Of a stretch of 64,000 bases of DNA, positions 1 through 12,018 are shown piece after piece. Each line of letters opens with the position of its first letter. Position 1 is the stretch's first letter. Origin of the DNA: Amoebophrya sp. A120 (Eukaryota; Protista; Dinoflagellata); the NCBI GenBank assembly GCA_905178155.1, contig CAJINV010000003.1, positions 10,726,298 to 10,790,297 on the forward strand. The letters are read 5' to 3'. Under the pieces are notes generated by a model that was not told where the DNA came from, searched no databases, and saw only the letters and a list, made by a program, of their open reading frames with translations. Position numbers and translations under genes: made by a program.

Positions 1-49
1 TGAACAAGATACCTCCACCACCCTTGTGCAAAAAAAAAAAAACACCAGA

Positions 50-3000
50 TTCGAACAGAATTTCGTGATTACCATCGGCGTTGATTTTCGCATGAAGACG
101 ATCGAGCGAGGCAACAAGAAGCTACGGGTGCAGGTTTGGGATACCGCGGGACAAGAGCGGTTTCGCACGATCACGCCGGCCTACTACCGAAGTGCAATGG
201 GAGTTGTATACGAGAGTGCATAAATCCTCCTCGCTCCTTCGTCCCCTCGCTTGATGATGTTATTCAACAACCACGCAGCTTTGCCAGTTGTTCATTTTCA
301 ATATGTTCGCTTGACCATGTGGCAATGACTGAGAAGGGACTCCAGCAACTCAAACAGTTACAGTAGCAGCACTACAATCCGCCATAAATTTCAATTTGTC
401 ATGCAGACGACATCGACTTCAAATTCAATCACCTTTGCAGCTAAGTACTGCTTCGGCTTCTGTTGCTGCTCGTCATGGCCTCCAAGAAATGACGGGGAGT
501 GGGACCGAGTTTTGTTGCACTTTCATATGCCCATGTGCTACGACATAACGGATATCAAAAGGAAACACGATCCCCCGTCCCCATATCGAAACGAAGTTTC
601 TGATGTTGGATTTGCGTAGACAAATCAGACCTGTCTTGCTGGAGAGGACTGCAGGCCCATATCAAGCCGGAGTAGAGAGGTTTTGGCCTGGGCGCTTAGC
701 ATGAAGAACGTCCGTAATCTAGAAGGCCCAACAGCATCGCAAACTGTTGGTCATGTAGTGATCTAGGGCCTACCTCCACGCAAGACTGAAGCTTCTACGA
801 GATCCCGAAACGCCTGCGCTCTACATGCAAACGATGACGAGTTGAGCAAATCAGGACCCTAGGACGTTCCGCGTTTTGTTCTCCCGATCTGTATGCCCTG
901 GGCTAGGATTTTACTCAGGACCGGCGCCCTGGATAAAGCCCTTACCCAGGATGGCCGCCCTAGATCAAACCCTAGCCAGGAAGATGCTATGGCACCAATT
1001 TGGCCGACCTCAGGAGGTCCCAGATTCTGGCCAGTTCCTGGATCAAAACTTTAGCCAGGAGCGCCGTCCTAGATAAAGTCGCAGCATACAGAAGGGGAGA
1101 CGTCTCATGATCTTAGCGCTGAGGTCTTGTGATGGTGGAATGATGAATGATGGCGCGCCTTGGATGGTGAATCTTCACAGGATGCAACGCAGCCAGAGGC
1201 TCTCCCCCTGTCTGCTCAGAGATTGAAGCGCTTGCGGTGATTGGCAGACCCTATCAGGTAGAAGCTTTGGCCACTCAGTGGGGCGGGTGTGCTCAAAGTC
1301 CAGCACAAACACAAAGCGCCGGCATAATGAGGCGGAACCTGTGGCGTTGCCATTTTGCAAGACAGGCGCGATCTGTGGCCACAAATCAGCAAAAGAAATA
1401 CTCGAAAACATACCATGCCAATATGAGGAGGGGGAGTCTTTCCTTTTCATAACGGACGACGCGACTTTCGACAACGTGGAGATGTTATCCTGTGCAAAAG
1501 TATCGCATTCGTACTAGCAATGCCAGCTTCGCCTGGAAGTAGGGATTAGAAGATACGCAAACGTCAGCTAGCTAGCATGGCTAGATAGCGAATTAGAAAG
1601 AAAAAAGCGCCGGGCCCCGAAGCAAAACAAAGCGCCGGCGCGCCCAATGTGCTTCGTTGTCGCGGCTCCCGCGCGCCCAGATTGGTCGCTCCATTTCCGG
1701 CTCCCCAATCTGATCGTCCCGGCTCCGAGGTTCCCGATCTGGTCGTCCCGGCTTCGGCGCGCCCAATCTGGTCAACCCGGCCCCGAAGGTGCATGGACGT
1801 GACTCGGTGGCGCCGGACAACTTCGGACCCGTCGGATTATTTTTGGTTGTCCGGCGAAGGTCGTCGGGCGACTTTTGGCCGGCCGTCCGTTCGAGCGCCG
1901 GCCGTCGGACGACTTTTCGCCGTTCGGCGGCCGTCGGACGACTTTTGGCCGTCCGACGGCCGTCGGGCGATTTTTGGCTGTCCGATGGCCGTCGGGCGAC
2001 TTTTGGCCGTCAGACAACTTTCGGTTGCCCGACGGCCGTCGGACGACTTTCGGTTGTCCGGCGGCCGTTGGGCGACTTTTGGCCGTCCGACGGTCGTCGG
2101 GCGACTTTCGGTTGTCCGACGGCCGTCGGACAACTTCTGAGCCGTCGGGTCCGACGGTCGTCGGGCGACTTTTGGCTGTCCGACGGCCGTCGGACAACTT
2201 CTGAGCCGTCGGGTCCGACGGTCGTCGGGCGACTTTTGGCTGTCCGACGGCCGTCGGACAACTTCTGAGCCGTCGGGCGAATTTTGGTTGTCCGAGGATG
2301 GCCGTCGGACATACAACTGCTGAGCCGTCGGGCGACTTTTGTCCCAAGCTCAAACTCGAGCTTGTATCTCAAGTTCAATCTCGAGCTTCTTGTGCCTCAG
2401 ACTCAAACTGGAGTTTCTATCTCAAACTCCAGCGTGTATCTGAGTTTCAAACTCGAGCTGGTGTCTCAAAATCAAACTGGAACTTGTGTCGCAAACTCGA
2501 GCCTCACACTTAAACTCAAACCTGAAGCCCAAGCTCGAGCGTGATGAAACTTAAGCTCGAGTTTGAAACTCGAGCTCATCGATAACTCATATTAATACAA
2601 ACAGAATCCCCTGGCCACAGAGAAACGGCAAAAAATTTCAAGACGCGCGCGCGCGCGCGTTACGCGCGCGCGGGTAACGCGTGCGCGAGCGCGGGCGCGC
2701 GTAATGCGCGCACGCGCGTAACGCGTACAGGGCCGGCAGGTTGCGGGGGCGGGGAATGGGGGGGGCCGCGCCCCCCCCCCCCGGCCGGGCAGGCAGGCAC
2801 GCAGCCGGAAGGGAGCGGCAGCTGGCGGGGGCCGCGCCCCCTCCTCGGCGGCCGGGGGCCGGGCGCCGCGGGCACGCAGGCAGGCGGCCGGGAGCGGCAG
2901 CTGCCGGGGGCGGGGAGTGGGGGGGGCCNNNNNNNNNNNNNNNNNNNNNNNNNNNNNNNNNNNNNNNNNNNNNNNNNNNNNNNNNNNNNNNNNNNNNNNN

Positions 3001-5321
3001 NNNNNNNNNNNNNNNNNNNNNNNNNNNNNNNNNNNNNNNNNNNNNNNNNNNNNNNNNNNNNNNNNNNNNNNNNNNNNNNNNNNNNNNNNNNNNNNNNNNN
3101 NNNNNNNNNNNNNNNNNNNNNNNNNNNNNNNNNNNNNNNNNNNNNNNNNNNNNNNNNNNNNNNNNNNNNNNNNNNNNNNNNNNNNNNNNNNNNNNNNNNN
3201 NNNNNNNNNNNNNNNNNNNNNNNNNNNNNNNNNNNNNNNNNNNNNNNNNNNNNNNNNNNNNNNNNNNNNNNNNNNNNNNNNNNNNNNNNNNNNNNNNNNN
3301 NNNNNNNNNNNNNNNNNNNNNNNNNNNNNNNNNNNNNNNNNNNNNNNNNNNNNNNNNNNNNNNNNNNNNNNNNNNNNNNNNNNNNNNNNNNNNNNNNNNN
3401 NNNNNNNNNNNNNNNNNNNNNNNNNNNNNNNNNNNNNNNNNNNNNNNNNNNNNNNNNNNNNNNNNNNNNNNNNNNNNNNNNNNNNNNNNNNNNNNNNNNN
3501 NNNNNNNNNNNNNNNNNNNNNNNNNNNNNNNNNNNNNNNNNNNNNNNNNNNNNNNNNNNNNNNNNNNNNNNNNNNNNNNNNNNNNNNNNNNNNNNNNNNN
3601 NNNNNNNNNNNNNNNNNNNNNNNNNNNNNNNNNNNNNNNNNNNNNNNNNNNNNNNNNNNNNNNNNNNNNNNNNNGGGCGGGGGAACGGCGGCCGCGGGTC
3701 GGGCGGGCAGGCGGCAGGGATCGGCAGCGGGCCAGGCGGGGGCGCCACGGCCCGATGGGGGCCCGTTACCGATGGGCCCCTGGCTTAACGTTTAGATGGG
3801 GCTGCGCGCCGAAGCGCGGTTGGACGACACCGACGGCACTTTTTGAATTAACGTTTGGACGAAAATCTTGGCGCGCAGTTTTTTATTTTTCGAAGTTTCT
3901 TAATATTTTTCGAACGAACGACAGCGCGCGCGGTTTTTCTACCTAGCCGCACGAATTCCGCGGCCTTCAGTCTGTAACTTTTTGCTTTAACTGTACTGGC
4001 CAGGGGCCGGACTGCTTTCCCTAGTATTGTAGATATATAAGATTGCTTGCAAACATGCATTACAAATCTTTTTCTTGAGGTCGTAGATCAGCACGACTAC
4101 AAATTTCATTTCTCATGCTGGGAAAATTTAAATTTGTAAATGTAATGCGTTTATTTTTGTACGAGTACTACGTACAGAGCGATATTTTTGCAATGCATAG
4201 ATGTGGCTAAATAACCTCGACCAGCACGGCAGTTCCGCTATGACCTTCGTAGATGGAGTCTTAATCTCAACCAACGGAGCATAATTTATTTATAAAGAAA
4301 AATAAATGATGAAGAAGATAATCTGTCACTGTCTAGCTCTACTCGTCTGGGTACTGAGCATAACATTAGACCTGGCGCTCCTGCAGATTAGGAGCGCCAG
4401 GTCTCGTGGCGACAGGAATTCGTTGGCATTTAAAGACGCAGCACGCGGACGAGACTCTCACGTCACTGTCTACAATTACAATTGCTCCAGTTGGGTTTGA
4501 TGCTTCTTCAGCTGGCCATTTCATATCCGACGTCCAGAAAATTTTGATCGGCAACAAGAGCGACCTGGAGGAAAAGCGAAAAGTGCCGAAGGAGCGCGGC
4601 TTCGAGCTCGCGGCCAAGCATAAAATGCAGTTTTACGAGACCTCCGCGAAAACGGGGGATTTTGTCGAGGACTATCCACAGAAAATTTACCATGCGCGTA
4701 TGTCTCATTGTGTTTTTGCATGACGTCAATGTCAATGATTTTTACTCTTTATAAGTTTTTCGTATTTGCAGATGCAGTGTCATTGTGTATGATTGTGATT
4801 CCAAGCGGCGAAGAAAATTCGTCGTGTGTATCATTATTTTGTAATGATCCAAATAGTAGAAGTAGACGAAAAGAAATAAGTACTAAGTACAAGGATTGTC
4901 GCAATCGCGCTCATTGTTCCAGTAAATCTAAATGATCCTGTTGCGCGCTCTCTCGCTATGATTTCCGTTTTGCTGAAAATTAGTAGAACAGGTCATGCGT
5001 TTTGTACTAAGTGTAAGTACGTTGACGTCGCATGCGGGAAATGATTTGTACTCCTTGTATAAGGGCGCCTTCAATGACATCGCCGACGCCGTAGTTGTCT
5101 GTAGGTACTCTGGCGATGCAGCAGGTAGCAATACTGCAAGTCCCTCGGCAGCGGGTGGCAAAAATACAACTGGAGCAAGTGCGCCCTCCGGTTCTAGTGC
5201 AGCCGCCTCCTCAGCAGGAAGCGGCTCAGCAGGGCAAAGCGGTAACATCACGCTCACAGCAGAGAATGCAGCAGGTCCGGGAGGACACAAGAACAAAAAA
5301 AAAGGGAAGTGTGCCTGTTGA
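50..5321 (+). CDS. Rab GTPase (Rab8/Sec4-like), 6 exons in window; 5' end lies upstream of the window
   Basis: Exons ~50-208, 533-552, 1457-1485, 4205-4238, 4531-4672 and 5067-5321 join in frame to give [79 protein letters not shown]. This contains the G2-G5 motifs and a C-terminal CxC prenylation motif. Confidence 0.95.
209..527 (+). mobile_element. Non-canonical introner (Rab intron)
   Basis: Terminal inverted repeat TACGAGAGTGCA / TGCACTTTCATA (10/12). Removing the element plus 5 nt restores GVV-MCYD. The direct repeat is degenerate. Confidence 0.75.
553..1451 (+). mobile_element. Non-canonical introner (Rab intron), long member of the family also found at 63061-63387
   Basis: TATCAAAAGGAAA...TTTCCTTTTCATA termini with perfect 5-bp direct repeat ACGGA (548-552, 1452-1456). 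Removal restores YDITD-DATF. Confidence 0.9.
1800..2340. repeat. GC-rich quasi-palindromic minisatellite (~30-bp unit)
   Basis: Tandem degenerate GGCCGTCGGGCGACTTTTGGCCGTCCGAC units, with a higher-order ~62-bp duplication at 2090-2280. Confidence 0.9.
2345..2580. repeat. Degenerate short repeat rich in CTCAAA / AAACTCGAG
   Basis: Many AAACTCGAG, CTCAAACT and CTCGAG motifs in a cluster. Confidence 0.7.
2929..3674. other. Assembly gap flanked by extremely GC/G-rich sequence
   Basis: Run of N; flanks contain (CG)n tracts (2643-2725) and G-runs. Confidence 1.
4239..4525 (+). mobile_element. Non-canonical introner (Rab intron)
   Basis: TATGA...TCATA termini with direct repeat TCCGC/TCCGA (4/5). 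Removal restores [14 protein letters not shown]. Confidence 0.85.
4673..5061 (+). mobile_element. Non-canonical introner (Rab intron)
   Basis: TAT...ATA termini with direct repeat AGGAC/AGGGC (4/5). Removal restores FVE-(G/D)AFNDIA. Confidence 0.8.
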
Positions 5322-6246
5322 TGTGCTAAAATTTTCTTCAGAATTAGGCAACCACGTGACCTTTAATATTTTGCTGTGTCAGTTTGTGGCCTGTGGCTGT
5401 AAGTGTGTGCCTCTGGTAGGTGAAGCTGTGGATAGTCTGATGTAGAAAGAAAAGCTTTCGCTTCTCCGAAGGCTCTACGTAGCTGCAAGCCCGTGGCTGT
5501 AGCGATCACGTTTATTGAAGATATTTGGTGAACATGGGTTCAGCTGCCGTCCTGCCGCTACTAACAAGTAAAGCTCTTGCGCTAAGTTTTCGTCCTTGAT
5601 CGAGGTGGGAGTGGCACAGCTGAGAGTTCGCTGGCGAGGTAGACTCGTCATGTTATCACTCCCTATGTAAGAGAGGCATCTGAAGACCTTCTGCACTCAG
5701 CAGTGGTTATGGAGGTGAGATGTTTTTTTAGTTCTCGCACAATTAAAAGACCTAGACCTACATAGCCCCTACCCGGGCAAAAAGGAAGCTGCAGCTCCTC
5801 TCTGCCAGCTCCTGTATGCGTTCCGATTTGGTTATCTCGTCTGGTTTGGCTGCGTTGTGCATGTGCTCGTGGCATGTCGGTGCACTTAGTCAAAACCTGA
5901 GAGTGAGATCGCTCCTGACGCGGAGAGTGAATGAGGCAGTGGCACATGCAATTGCGGAGCATTTTTTTCCTACTTTATGACCTTTTTTCTTCTTTCAAAT
6001 GATGAAGGCTGGTATTGAAGCCGATCAGAGATGATATTGGGGGGAACCGACAGACCTACTCTTTTATCTTCGTAGTTAGAAATGCGACTGATACAAACAT
6101 TCTGTTTCTGGGAACATGACAAGAAAAAGTAGAATGAACTACGTGTTGAGATTTGCTGTTCATGAGTGGCGCTTGTAAGAAAACCTGACTTCGTGTTGTA
6201 ATTGTGTATTTCGTTATAGGTTTCGTTTTGCCAGACCAAAATCATC

Positions 6247-9200
6247 ATGCAGCTGCATGAATTCATCTACTTTATCTTTTTGTTCTTTGCATCTTCAAGC
6301 GTCCTTCATCCTCTTGGCCTTGTCGTCAGCGCCAACGAGGAGTACAAGGTACTAGACCCTGTTTACGCCGGCACCAACATTGTATACGAAAACCCGAATA
6401 TATATGCCGGAAGCAAGTGCCAAGACAACCAGATTTTTCGTGACGAGGCAAACTTGCCGTGCTCTTACTGGATCGGGAAGGCCAGCTGCCGCGATGAGGC
6501 GACGCAGCGGAAGGGCTACTCGGCGTTCGGCGTCGAGCAGTTGCTTTGCAACTGCCCACGGGCCTGCGGCTTGGGAGAGACTGGCAATTGCCGGTCGGTC
6601 CGGTGCCTGCGGCGATGCCGCGCACCCAGGGGGCCCGTGCACAGCATTACGCAACTTGGACAGGGCGCGACGCATTTGCTGCCGAACTACTGCGTTCTTG
6701 CATTGCCAAATGGGCAATCCTGCACGCATCCGCACATGTGCCAAAGCGGCTACTGCGACCCGTTTCAGCGTCAGTGCCGCCAATCCTCTTCGGTCGCCGG
6801 CTTCGCCGTTTCGGACACAGCCTCCATGACGTCATATTGACTGTAACTATGTCTGGGTCTCCTGGTAATAGGATGGACATAGAGCCTTTATTTTCGTGCA
6901 GCAAACTCACAAGACCACAAATCAAATTCAAATCAAGCACTTCTGTTTTTCTTTTTGCCACTGCATGAGCGCCAAGAACGGAAAGGTCCTGCTGTCCATT
7001 TCTTGCTACGCATAGAATACTAGCGAATTACTTGCGTCTTCATCCGACTTGGCAGGTTGCACGCACATCGGGACTGTGATGGCGGAGCCGGATCTGAGTC
7101 GGATCTCCAAGCCATGAGAAGAAATGTGTACCTAAAGCAAGTTCCAAAAAATGCACGTTGACAAAAACAATAAATGCGCGCAAGTGATTATCTTCAAAGC
7201 GGCTTTGAATGGGTAATGGGTAAGCCCGCCAGCGCCAGCCCCAGACATATGCGCCACGCATACGTCAGATTCTGTCGCGATACGCACACAAGGCACCACG
7301 GACGAGGAGCTGGAGTCTCTCTATGTTTGCGACGGTCGCGGCGAGGTGCTGTCGTCCGCCAAATGGGGTAAGTGCCACAATTTTGGCGCTGACGTCGATC
7401 CAAGCCTGGCACAATGCCGCTGCCGGTTTTCGTTTTTGCTGCAGTACTGGGCCAACCACTGGGCGCCCTGCCATACACAAGCGGCGGGAAAGAACTTTTG
7501 CACCTACTTCGGCGACCAAGACCGGCACGTGCGAATCGCGATGAAGTTTTCCTTGCTTCTTCCAGAGGACGCAACTACCGCCACTTTCTCCCGCGATGTG
7601 TACATCAAAACCGCTGTTGCCGCCGCTATCGAGACAGCTGTCGCCACACCGTGTCCAAGCCTTGCCGTGTTCGACATTGCGCTGGAAACGATTGAAGTGA
7701 GCGGCTCTGGCTTTCGCAGTGCGCCCCCGTACAACGCGGTGCCTCGGGAAACCAGGATCGTCGCGAAGCTGCTTGTCGCACAGTCAAAGGCAACACTGGC
7801 AAGAACTTGCCTCGTGAGCTCGGCGTTTCGCACCGCATTTCGTGCCGAATTCGGTGCGGATTACCGCGACCGCGAACACAAGTGCCGGTTTTCGCGGCAG
7901 CTTCTGAACGAGGGAAGCGCCGCGGTCTTTTGCAAAGGCGAGCTCGCTGCTGTTTACGCAAACTCCTACGCGCAACTGTTTCACCAGAATGCCGTTGACG
8001 GGTCGACGGCCTATCAACAGGCATACCTAACCATTTTTCAGCGGACGCAAAATTTGATTACGGAGCCGGTGATTCTGATTGAATCCGTGGATGCGGTGTC
8101 CGAACTGCCCGCGCACGAGTCGAATGCAGCTTCGGCGACCGACTATGAAACTATCTCAACAGTGGCTCGTCCTTTCGCAAATAACGGCGCGGAAGGCAAT
8201 TTCAGCTCGGGACTACTGGCGGCGTCTTCTGCCACGACTACCACGACAGCAATTTACTTTTCCAATAACCACCTGCCTTTGCCAGAGCAGGGTGCTGACA
8301 TGGAAGCGAATACCTTCCACACGAGTACCACGACAACCACCACCACCAATCTAGCCTATTCACTGCGCGCCAGCGTGAAGCTGTCTGTCATCCCGCCGCC
8401 CGGAACGATTTGCATTATGAGAGTGTCAAGGTTGGATGAAATCGACAGGGTGAATAAAACATTGCCTCGTGCGTATTCAAATCGATACAAATGCAAGTGT
8501 CTCCCTCCATCATTCGTAAGTGGTGCCTTACTAATTTAGCCAACGTTCTTCAGATTGCTGCTTTATCATTCTGTCATGTTGCGTAGCGGAAAGACCGGCC
8601 GGGGCGCTCCTCCTGTCCTGTTCTTTCGCAACCCTTCCCGTGCGGCTAGCCACGCTTACTTACAGCCGGCCTCACTTTCTATTCCTGCAAGACAGGCACA
8701 ACTCGAGGCCCCGCATTATGTCTTGTTCTTGCGTTGCAAGTTTATTCCGCCACTTTCTTGTCGATTTCCAAACAATCCTGACCACGCTTCCATATGCAGC
8801 GCAGCGTACTTAGTGTCACAGCTAAGCAGTCCTTTCCGCAACGGGATCGCACGATATCTCGACGTTGCGCCGGAGTCCGTTAGTCTGCTAGACGCCAACT
8901 GTCTACCGGAGTACCTAGTCCCAACGCCGGTAACGAGCACGAGTGTAGCTGGAGCAACGCCCGCCTGGGCTGCAACCAGCAGCGCGATTGGAGGTGGTCC
9001 GGAGCGGGTGCGCAAACAAGTACGGCGGCGATTGGGTATCGGTTTTCGCGCTGAGATCGCGTACCAGGTAAGTGGCTTCACAGACAGAGACACCGCTAGC
9101 GCCGCAGGCGACCGCGTTTCGGTCACCGACAGTGCACAGGCCGCGGTGTTTGAGCAAACGCTGCATGCATGCTTCTCGGAGCACGACCCGGAACTTGGAG

Positions 9201-11131
9201 TGCTGTCCGTTGCTCAAGGGTCTACTTTGCCGACAGTTTCCGTCGCGGGCGGAAATGGAAGCATACGGGGGGCGGATGGTGCTGCAGCAAGCGCAGGGAT
9301 GAGCCCGACTGTGATCGCGCTCCTTGTCTGCTTTCTTTTGCTGGTTGCCTGTGTGCCCGCAATCGGAGTCGTATTGCGCCGCTACGAAATGCTTTCGCCG
9401 GCATGGACTGCTCGGGTTGACTGGTTTCAGAGGCAGTTGCTGCACCCATTCTACAACAAGCTGCTGGCCCTTACCCACCCACCTGTGGCTCGTGGATATC
9501 TGAAACCGGAGCGGGCGGAGAAAAATCAGCTGCGATTTGGAAAGAAAGCAACTTCAGGAGACGTGGCAGAATCGAAAAACTCCCGAGGAAAGTACGTTGA
9601 CGAGGAGATCTCCTCTGTCGCTGGCGAAAGTGAAGATGGTTCTTTTGGTGCTGCTTTTCCCAGTAGATCAGATCTGGAGTGGTCGTCGTCTCCGAGCAAC
9701 AAGTTGTCAGACACGACAACAAGTGCCGCGGCTAGGAGTAGAGACAATCTCCATCGAGCTCCATTTGTTGCAGAAACTAAGGACAATCAAAATGCTACAA
9801 AGGATACGTCCCTTTCAACAAGCAACAATAAAATGCTTCGCTTCAATAATGTCGAAGGCGATGAAGTTGAAGAAGCTGCAGGGATGAAACATGAAAAAGA
9901 GACGAGATCATGTTCCTCGAGCACCACAATAAGAAACGAAAGAACTACTGACCCCGGGTCAGCCGACGCAGCAGGACTAGAGAGCCCTACAAAACCGACT
10001 GGCGGTGGCGGCACCATCTACCTGCAGGACCTTGCTGCCCTCGGGAAGACTGCGCCAAGATACGTGAAAAACAATTTTGATCGCGTCCTTAATCGCGTGC
10101 GGTGTGGGTTTTCAGGACTCCTCCAAAGTGGGAAGTCACGGCAACATACCGGCAAAGTGGCACCTGCTTCGTCCGCCTTGTCAAATGGTTGTGGTTCATC
10201 TGCAGGACGGTACCACCTGGATCGAGAAGCCCAAGCGGATGCTGTGGGTGGTCACCTCCACATCACCGTTGAAAAATCACAGTCGGGAATTGATTCTGTT
10301 TCTGCCGATACCCGGCTACGAGAGACTAGTACTGCCAAGGGGGGCGAAATAAATAGCATAAGTGCTGCAATCGAAGCACGAGCAAGTGCTGCCGATAGAA
10401 ATAGTGACCAGGAACCGATCTTTGCACGACCATTCGAAACAGGAGCCGCATCTTCGTGGGAGCCACCAGATCCAGAGAATTTTCAGGCAACAATATTGTC
10501 TGCAATAGATGAAAAAGGCGAGAGTCCGTACCTTATTTCGCACTTTTCGCCTCTGCGGCCAGCGGGGGTGGACAACATTCCGGTGCCCGCTCTTCTAAGG
10601 AACGGCGGCGTGATGCGGGCAGCATCCCAGTTGTTACCGCAAAGTCCGCCGGAGCCGGACGAGAAACAAAGTAACACTGGGCAGGTACATCTTGGAAGTC
10701 AAGCCCTTGCCATTCCCCCAGCTAATTCCAGCGGTATTCTGCACACAGTCGGCACCGCAGGAGGCCACACGGAGCCACAACACGCAACAGAAAGCGAAAT
10801 CGCCCAACAGCATGAGCACTACATGCTATATAATATGCAGGCTGTCCAGGAGCTGCACCTGCAGCAGCAGGTTACCAACCAGTGGCAGGCGCCGCAGCAC
10901 CTTCACCAGCAGCAGCATCAAGTGCTCTTCGGCCGACGTCAACAGGAAGCTACAAGTGGCGCAGCTGCAGTGGGGCAGTCTCACTACCACCCGGCCCAGT
11001 CAGCAACCAGCACTGCAGCTCATGTGCTAGTAAAGGCACAGAACTCACAAATGAGAATGACTCTCGATGCGGGAAATGTCTACCACCAGCAACAGCTGCA
11101 GCGGCAGCTGGGTTCGTTTTGGATGACTTGA
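6247..11131 (+). CDS. Probable multi-exon secreted/type I membrane protein with Cys-rich ectodomain; could be two genes
   Basis: The 6247 ORF has a hydrophobic N-terminal signal, an ShK-like module (CQD..C..W..C..NCPRACG) and a second Cys knot. The long ORFs ~7240-8415 and ~8770-11131 carry a TM helix (VIALLVCFLLLVACVPAIGVVL) and a low-complexity S/Q-rich tail. Exon joins not resolved. Confidence 0.55.
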
Positions 11132-11682
11132 CTTCATCTACGTGTACGTGCCCAAAATTAAATGTATTGACTTTGACCTCAAAATTAGATTTATTTGTTT
11201 TCTTCTTCTTGATAAGTTCTTCGCGATTTTTCCGGGGACGAGGAGGTACTCTTGAACTACAAAAGTACAAAAAACAGTTGATCCCGATAGGTCTGATTAC
11301 TTCTTTTCTTTTCAGTGTATTGCAGACTTAGCTTCTTTATTTGGCCGCAAGCAGGCAACCAGCATGATGCAACACCTTTCTGAAACATACGCCATCATCA
11401 AAACCGTCTAAGAGTGTATTTCTGACAAAGTTCTTGAAGATGGAGGCGGAGTTGTAGATGCATATAGTCTGGTGATGCAGAAGCGCCAGAATGGATGTTG
11501 AGTGTAAGCACAAATTTGCCTGATGGTGATGACTTTGGCAAGTACAACTCTTCTTCCCAACGTATTCGTATCTTCAATTCGAGCAGCATTTTGAAAACAA
11601 CTACTTTAGGCGCTGCAAGCGTCACAGCGCGAAAAAGAGATAGCGTTCTGCGTTCCGAAAGAAAATAAGTCTGCCGCTGGAA

Positions 11683-11876
11683 TGGATGCATGGAAAAAAA
11701 TACATGATCGTGGAATAAACGGGTTTAGGGTTTTTACTTGTATAGCGACGCAGTAGTATACAAAATAGCTTACAGATCATTTTATTTGTAAGACGACCTA
11801 ATACATAAACGGGTTTAGGGTTCCGGCTTGTGTTCAGGCCTGAGAGGCGTCCACACTGCTCCTTTCATTCTAGTCG
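11683..11876 (+). repeat. Left half of a host repeat unit split by the giant transposon; contains GGGTTTAGGG motifs
   Basis: Similar to 38276-38467, e.g. AATACATAAACGGGTTTAGGGTTCCGGCTTGTGTTCAGGCCTGAGAGGCG is shared. Confidence 0.9.
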
Positions 11877-12018
11877 TATAACACGCCCAACGATTAAATC
11901 CTAAAAGAGTTTAAAAAATGCTATCTAGCTTTTGAATTTACTATGCGTATAGCTATGTAAAACGTGATTAGCTAGGTGGTTAAATAGCTATGAGGAACGA
12001 CCGCTCCGGATGTGTCTC
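11877..12018 (+). repeat. Left terminal inverted repeat (142 bp)
   Basis: Exact reverse complement of 37935-38076; starts TATAACACGCCC. Confidence 0.98.

Larger units (their letters stand above)
1486..4199 (+). mobile_element. Non-canonical introner (Rab intron) inflated by nested repeats
   Basis: TAT...ATA termini, inverted repeat TGCAAAAGTATCGC / GCGATATTTTTGCA, and perfect direct repeat GATGT (1481-1485, 4200-4204). Removal restores VEM-WLNN. Confidence 0.85.

Noticed and set aside
1800-2340. CRISPR-like array, and the many overlapping ORFs here
   Set aside because: Units are contiguous and degenerate with no unique spacers and no cas genes. The ORFs are artefacts of a stop-poor satellite inside an intron.
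2660-3946. Long ORFs of 292-401 aa
   Set aside because: They consist mostly of the N gap plus GC-rich low-complexity flanks.
11718-11822. Telomere or interstitial telomeric array
   Set aside because: Only isolated ~1.5-unit TTTAGGG motifs, not tandem arrays.
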